A DNA stretch of 64,000 nt. It comes from Octopus vulgaris. Its lineage: Eukaryota. The number at the start of each line of letters is the position of its first letter. The stretch's first letter is position 1. The position numbers and the translations under genes are program-made. Positions 54,425 to 64,000 of this stretch are shown here, in pieces. The notes below the pieces were generated by a model. That model did no database searches. It saw only the letters and a list, made by a program, of their open reading frames with translations, and was not told the origin of the DNA. The stretch spans positions 11,346,001 to 11,410,000 of the forward strand of contig OX597823.1 in NCBI GenBank assembly GCA_951406725.2, given 5' to 3'.

Positions 54425-55470
54425 GTTCCACAGGGCACTGTCTGAGGGCCACTGCTGTTCATAGTGGCCCTTTCAGACGTGCCCTCAATTGCTAAGATGG
54501 CCACCCTTGCTAGCTATGCAGATGACACAAAAGTCTCTCAGACAATACAAAACCCTGGAAATATTGCACATCTGCAACAGGAGTTGGATACAATATACAG
54601 GTGAGCTGAGGACAACAACATGCAGTTTAATGCTGGGAAGTTCCAAGCCCTGCGCTGCCGACACACAGAGCTGAACGACATGCAAACCGGATACACTGGC
54701 CCAATTCCAGAGTCAAAATCAGTGCGTGACCTGGGCATTGACATGAGCAATGATGCATCTTTCCAACTGCATATTGCCAGTCTGGTAATAAAATGCAGAC
54801 GGCTAGCTGGATGGATCCTCAGAACTTTCAGAAAGAGAGAAGGAGACACTGATGGTCCTTTGGAAGACATTCGTCCTCAGCCGCTTGGACTACTGCGCCC
54901 AACTATGGTCACCACACAATATAAAGTCAACAGCAGAGCTTGGAGTTATCCAACGAAGCTACACTCAAGATTGTCTCAATGCAACATATCAGCTACTGGG
55001 AAAGACTGAAAGTATTAAAACCCTTCTCCCTGGAGCGAAGGCGGGAGAGATATGCAGTGATATACATGTGGAAAATCTTAGAGGGTCTTGTCCCGAATTT
55101 TGGCATTGATTGTTACCCCAACAGCAGAATGGGGTGCCACTGCATGGTGCCAAAGATCCCAACATCAACATCAAAATACAGGACCAGATACTGCAACGGC
55201 TTGGGTTTCAGGGGACCACAGCTCTTCAATATCCTTCCTAAACGCCTGAAAGACCTGCATGGTTTGAATGTGGGTTTCTTTAAAACTAAACTGGATCTCT
55301 TGTCAGGGGTTCCAGATGAACCTACCTCTCAGCAGGAAACACAGATGCAGGCAGCGGCGTCGAACTCCCTGGTTGACAAAGTACCACGTATCGGAAGTGG
55401 TTTCACATACAAGTGTAGCTCATTCAACGGTGGTGCGACAGCATGGCCACAGCTTTCGGGCTGAAGCATG
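54425..55470 (+). mobile_element. 5'-truncated LINE family 1 (CR1/L2-group) reverse-transcriptase pseudogene
   Basis: VPQGTVL.PLLF..YADDTK..MQFNAGKFQ..VRDLGI..RLDYCAQLWSP..SLERRRERY..GPQLFNILP; stops and frameshifts; 3' tail present. Confidence 0.93.
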
Positions 55471-55480
55471 TTTAAGGATT

Positions 55481-60360
<4,880 letters not shown>

Positions 60361-60711
60361 GCATGTAGATTGAGAGAAAGATAGTGTGTGGAGTATAAAT
60401 ATATTGATTCTGTTTTTATCTTTCAGAAAATTTTTATAACGAATGATTACATTTATGTTTAAATTCATAATAACATATTGTGTTTTGTTATAAGAAAAGT
60501 TTGGCCAGGACCTCTTTTTTTCTAGGTCCCTGTGAAAGTGATGGTATTTACCTTAACAGAAAGAGGTGTTTAGTACCAAGTCAAATGTTTTTACTGTTTT
60601 TTAAAAAAAAAGTCAAAATGTTTTTTTATGAGAAAGCAGCATAAGTGATTTTAGGGTTTATTAACTTTATTGTCACTATGTTGTGCAAAAGAAAAGTTTA
60701 CTTTTCCACTT

Positions 60712-60913
60712 GAGGCACAAGGCCTGAAATTTTTTTGTGAGATGGCCAGTTGATTAGATCGATTCAGTATGCAGCTGGTACTTAATTTATGGACATTGAA
60801 AGGATGAAGGGCAAAGTCGACCTTGGTGGAATTTGAACTCAGAACGTAAACACAGATAAAATGCCGCTAAGCATTTCGCCCGGCATATTAACATTTCTGC
60901 TAGCTCGCTGCCT
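60712..60913 (-). mobile_element. SINE family B-related subfamily (different 3' tail)
   Basis: Reverse complement has gcgagctagcagaaatgtta..gagttcaaattcc..gtcgactttgcccttcatcctttc. Confidence 0.8.
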
Positions 60914-61243
60914 TGCGAAAGAAAATTTTTGTGGGAAAAATATGGTTCCTATAATATTTCCTCATGAAGTATCTGTTAGCATAATGCAGGTCTTCTCTGA
61001 GCTTTATATTTTCACATCCAAAGGAAGTCAGAAAATTACTATTTATAAATCTCAGAGAGCTATTCAGCAACAGCACTTTGGAGTGAAGATTATTTGCCAA
61101 CATAACATGGCAGTCCTGGTTTAGGACGAATGTTGCTGTAATTTAACCCCAGGCGACATTGTCTCCAGTTGGCTATTGGACATGATCCATGTCCTTATAT
61201 TTTCAACAAGGGAATCTAGCACCCCCACTCAATTCCAAAAAAT

Positions 61244-61290
61244 ATCTGTGTATCGTGATTTCCAGGTTATTTCCCTTCATCAGCACAGAT
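61244..61290 (-). ncRNA. Minimal type I hammerhead ribozyme motif
   Basis: atctgtg-CTGATGA-agggaaataacctg-GAAA-tcacga-TA-cacagat: 7-bp stem I, ATA triplet, short near-palindromic stem III. Confidence 0.75.
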
Positions 61291-61511
61291 GTCTCCTGGG
61301 GTTAAATTACAGCAGCATTCGTCCTAAACCAGGACTGCCATGTTATATTGGCAAATTATCTTTACTCCAAAGTACTGTTGCTGAATGTATCCTATTGTGA
61401 GATTTACAAATAGTAATTTTCTAATTTATAGATCAGTGACTAGTTGTCACTTTGAAAACTATATATTTTGAACAGGAATTTGGCAGCGCCACCTCTAGCC
61501 GAAAAATTTAT

Positions 61512-61557
61512 TCTGTGCTGATGAAGGGAAATAACCCAGAAATTGTGGATACACTGA
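61512..61557 (+). ncRNA. Second, more decayed copy of the same hammerhead motif
   Basis: tctgtg-CTGATGA-agggaaataaccca-GAAA-ttgtgga-TA-cactga. Confidence 0.6.
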
Positions 61558-62034
61558 TATTGTTTTGAGCTGAATAGGGGGTTCTAGGTTCCCTTGTTAG
61601 AAAATATAAGGACACAGATTGTGCCATATAGCCAGCTGGAGACGAAGTCTCCTGGGGCTAAATTACAGCAACATTCGTCCTAAACCAGGACTGCCATGTT
61701 ATGTTGGCAAACAATCTTTAATCCAAATGAAGACAAGTAAGATAAAGAAAAGTAATTGTGTCTTGAGTATTTGCTTTTCATCATTGTCCTCTCTATTAAC
61801 ATCTAATGTGCTAACATTAATTAGGAATTTAATTAAATATTCAGTGGACCCAACTTTGATAATGACAGCATCACACTGAATCTTTTGTAGATTTTAACCA
61901 GCACACTCTTGTCCAATATTTTACGTTTGTTCTTTGAATGTTTTAAAATTACATTTTTTCATGTCATCTCTGCTAAAGCTCACAGTTTCCAATCCAGAGG
62001 ACACAATCAGTCATAACATTTCTCTTTGAAAACT

Positions 62035-62305
62035 AATGCCTTTTGAGTGAATTTGGTAGGTGGAAACTGTGTGGAAGCCTGTTGTGTGAGTGTGTGTGTG
62101 TGTGTGTGTTTGTCCCTCCCACACTTCTTGACCACTAGTGTTGGTTTGTTTACAGCCCCATTACTTAGTAGTTCAGCAAAAGAAACTGATAGAATAAGCA
62201 CCAGGCTTAAAAGATAAGAACTAGGGTCAATCTGTTTGACCAAACCATTTCAAGGTGAGTGCTGCAGAATGGCACATTCAGAGACTGAAACAAGTAAAAG
62301 ATGGA
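62035..62305 (+). mobile_element. SINE family A, old diverged copy
   Basis: Recognisable central and tail motifs. Confidence 0.75.
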
Positions 62306-62560
62306 AGATCCATTAATCATTAGAGATTAACAATCCTGTAAGGGAAAATTTGGTTTAGAGTTTCAGGGTTAGGGTTTAAGATTAGGATTTTGGGTTAAGG
62401 TGTAGAGTTTAGAGTTACTCAGACAAGGATAGCCAATATAAAGATCTGGGAAAGGCATTGAAATTGGACTTTTTAAAGGCAAATTTATGGCTTTATGTAC
62501 CATTTGTCTCTTTCAAAATAGTGTTCTCCCTGGTTGGTACATCCAACATTTTCTTTCCAG

Positions 62561-62710
62561 ATTTGGAATGCATTTTCAAAGGCAGTGCATGGATGTCATT
62601 GCTGATTTTCTTTGACACTGTCTTTTGTCTGAAATTATTGGCCTTTCAGGGTGGATCTCTAACATGGGCACAACAAAAGTCTTCAGAGACCAAATTTGAA
62701 GATAAGGAAG
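62561..62710 (+). CDS. Low-confidence candidate phase 1-1 exon (150 nt)
   Basis: Acceptor ttttctttccAG, donor GAAG/GTAACT, open in the frame compatible with 48471-48534; peptide not recognised. Confidence 0.2.
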
Positions 62711-63301
62711 GTAACTGGGAACAAGAGACATCTCATGCACTGCCAAACTTCTGGCTCTGGAGTGATTCATGAGTACAGTGTCATAGTGCAGCAGCCATGG
62801 TTTAAGCCTCTTTCCTTTGTGCTTATTTTCTCAAATGCCTGAGGACATCCATGTAAAACTCTTTATTAATTCTGATTATATGGAACAAAAACCTGATGAA
62901 TGACACCCTTCCATAAAAAAAAAAAACAACAAACAAAACAAACAAAAAATTAAGACACCTATCACATCCCTTTCATCTGAGTGACTCTGTACTTTTTTTT
63001 TGTGGCTGCAACAATGATCCAACATCCTATGGCGACTACTTTTTTTTGTTTCAACATTGTGACCTTCATAAAACCTGTATACCCATGTTTCTTCCTTTGT
63101 CACATTTTTCCATAAAGTTTTAATCAGCATTTAACCAGTCAAACTACTTGGTAGAGTGGAAGATTAAGTAGCTTGTAGTATTATTAACTTATTCTCTCCC
63201 TTCATGTTTTGGGTCATGACTTTTCTTCTTCTTTGGCAGTTGATAGAATAAAAACTAATCAATTGCTGGGCTGAGCTTGAATTTCATCACCATCCTTTTA
63301 A

Positions 63302-63512
63302 CTCTTTCATTTCTGTATCTATTTTGAGATGCTCTGTTTCTTTCAATAACATACAAAGAATTTAGTAAAATAACTTAATTATCATTATGTAAGTGTTAGG
63401 AACATAAATTGTGACTAAGGTTTGGTGGAAGATTTTAATTCAAAACTTATGAAAACAAGACATTTGTAATACAGAGCCAGAGCTGGTTTCAGCCGGGTCA
63501 GTATTGAAAGGG
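63302..63512. mobile_element. piggyBac-type MITE family B
   Basis: TTAA-ctctttca...tgaaaggg-TTAA; aligns with 63573-63792. Confidence 0.85.
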
Positions 63513-63572
63513 TTAAGCAGGTGTTATTGACCTAAAATTTTGAAGGAAGGTTTTTAACTTAGATCACTTTAA

Positions 63573-63792
63573 CCCTTTTGTTACTGTATTTATTTTGAGA
63601 TGCTCTGTGTTTCTTTCAATTACTTTAAATATAACGAGGAATTTAGTAAAACAACTTAGTTATCTTTAAGCTAGTGTTACGAACATAAATTGTGACTAAG
63701 GTTTGGTGGAAGATTTTAATTCAAAACTTATGAAAACAAGGCATTTGTACTCAGAGCCAGAACCGGTTTCAGCTGGGTTGGTAATGAAAGGG
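63573..63792. mobile_element. piggyBac-type MITE family B
   Basis: TTAA-cccttttgttac...gtaatgaaaggg-TTAA. Confidence 0.9.
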
Positions 63793-64000
63793 TTAAGTTT
63801 AGTTAGAAATCATTATTAGTCTGTTTCTCAATTTCTCTCCCTCTCATATATTTCTACATACCATGGAAGCAACAAAAGCAAAGTGAAATTATTTGGGGTA
63901 AAGTCAAAATACAGGTATCTAATTGTCAAATTTGGTACCTGACATAAATACTTAAACACACACACACACACACTCTCTCTCTCTCTCTCCGGCACACAGT

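Larger units (their letters stand above)
61030..61720. mobile_element. Three-part inverted repeat cluster with two hammerhead motifs (Penelope-like pLTR or retrozyme-like)
   Basis: Unit on - strand 61290->61030; inverted distal copy 61289-61422; second unit on + strand 61512-61720. Confidence 0.7.

Noticed and set aside
62355-62420. Telomere-like TTAGGG variants
   Set aside because: Short and highly degenerate; more likely part of an old repeat than an interstitial telomere.

Overview
AT-rich, repeat-dense eukaryotic DNA, most likely from an octopus or another coleoid cephalopod. That assignment comes from my recognition of the SINE families and the huge (TA)n/(CA)n tracts, not from a database search. 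No intact multi-exon gene is visible, and almost all listed ORFs are microsatellite or repeat artefacts. Identifiable mobile elements are four SINE families, 3' fragments of several CR1/Jockey-group LINEs, a Tigger/pogo remnant, an internally deleted DD37D (maT-type) Tc1/mariner element, two ~220-bp piggyBac-type MITE families (TTAA-CCC...GGG-TTAA) and a complete non-autonomous Helitron. A probable signal-peptide first coding exon lies at 48471-48534 in a TE-poor, promoter-like island. The most interesting signal is two unrelated inverted-repeat elements (5114-5308 and 61030-61720) carrying type I hammerhead ribozyme motifs (Penelope-like or retrozyme-like); in both, the inversion junction falls at hammerhead stem I. 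Also notable are a covarying 3' stem-loop shared by a SINE and two LINE families, pre-miRNA-like hairpins, and repeated (TA)n-associated fold-back duplications. Coordinates were read by eye and may be off by a few bases.
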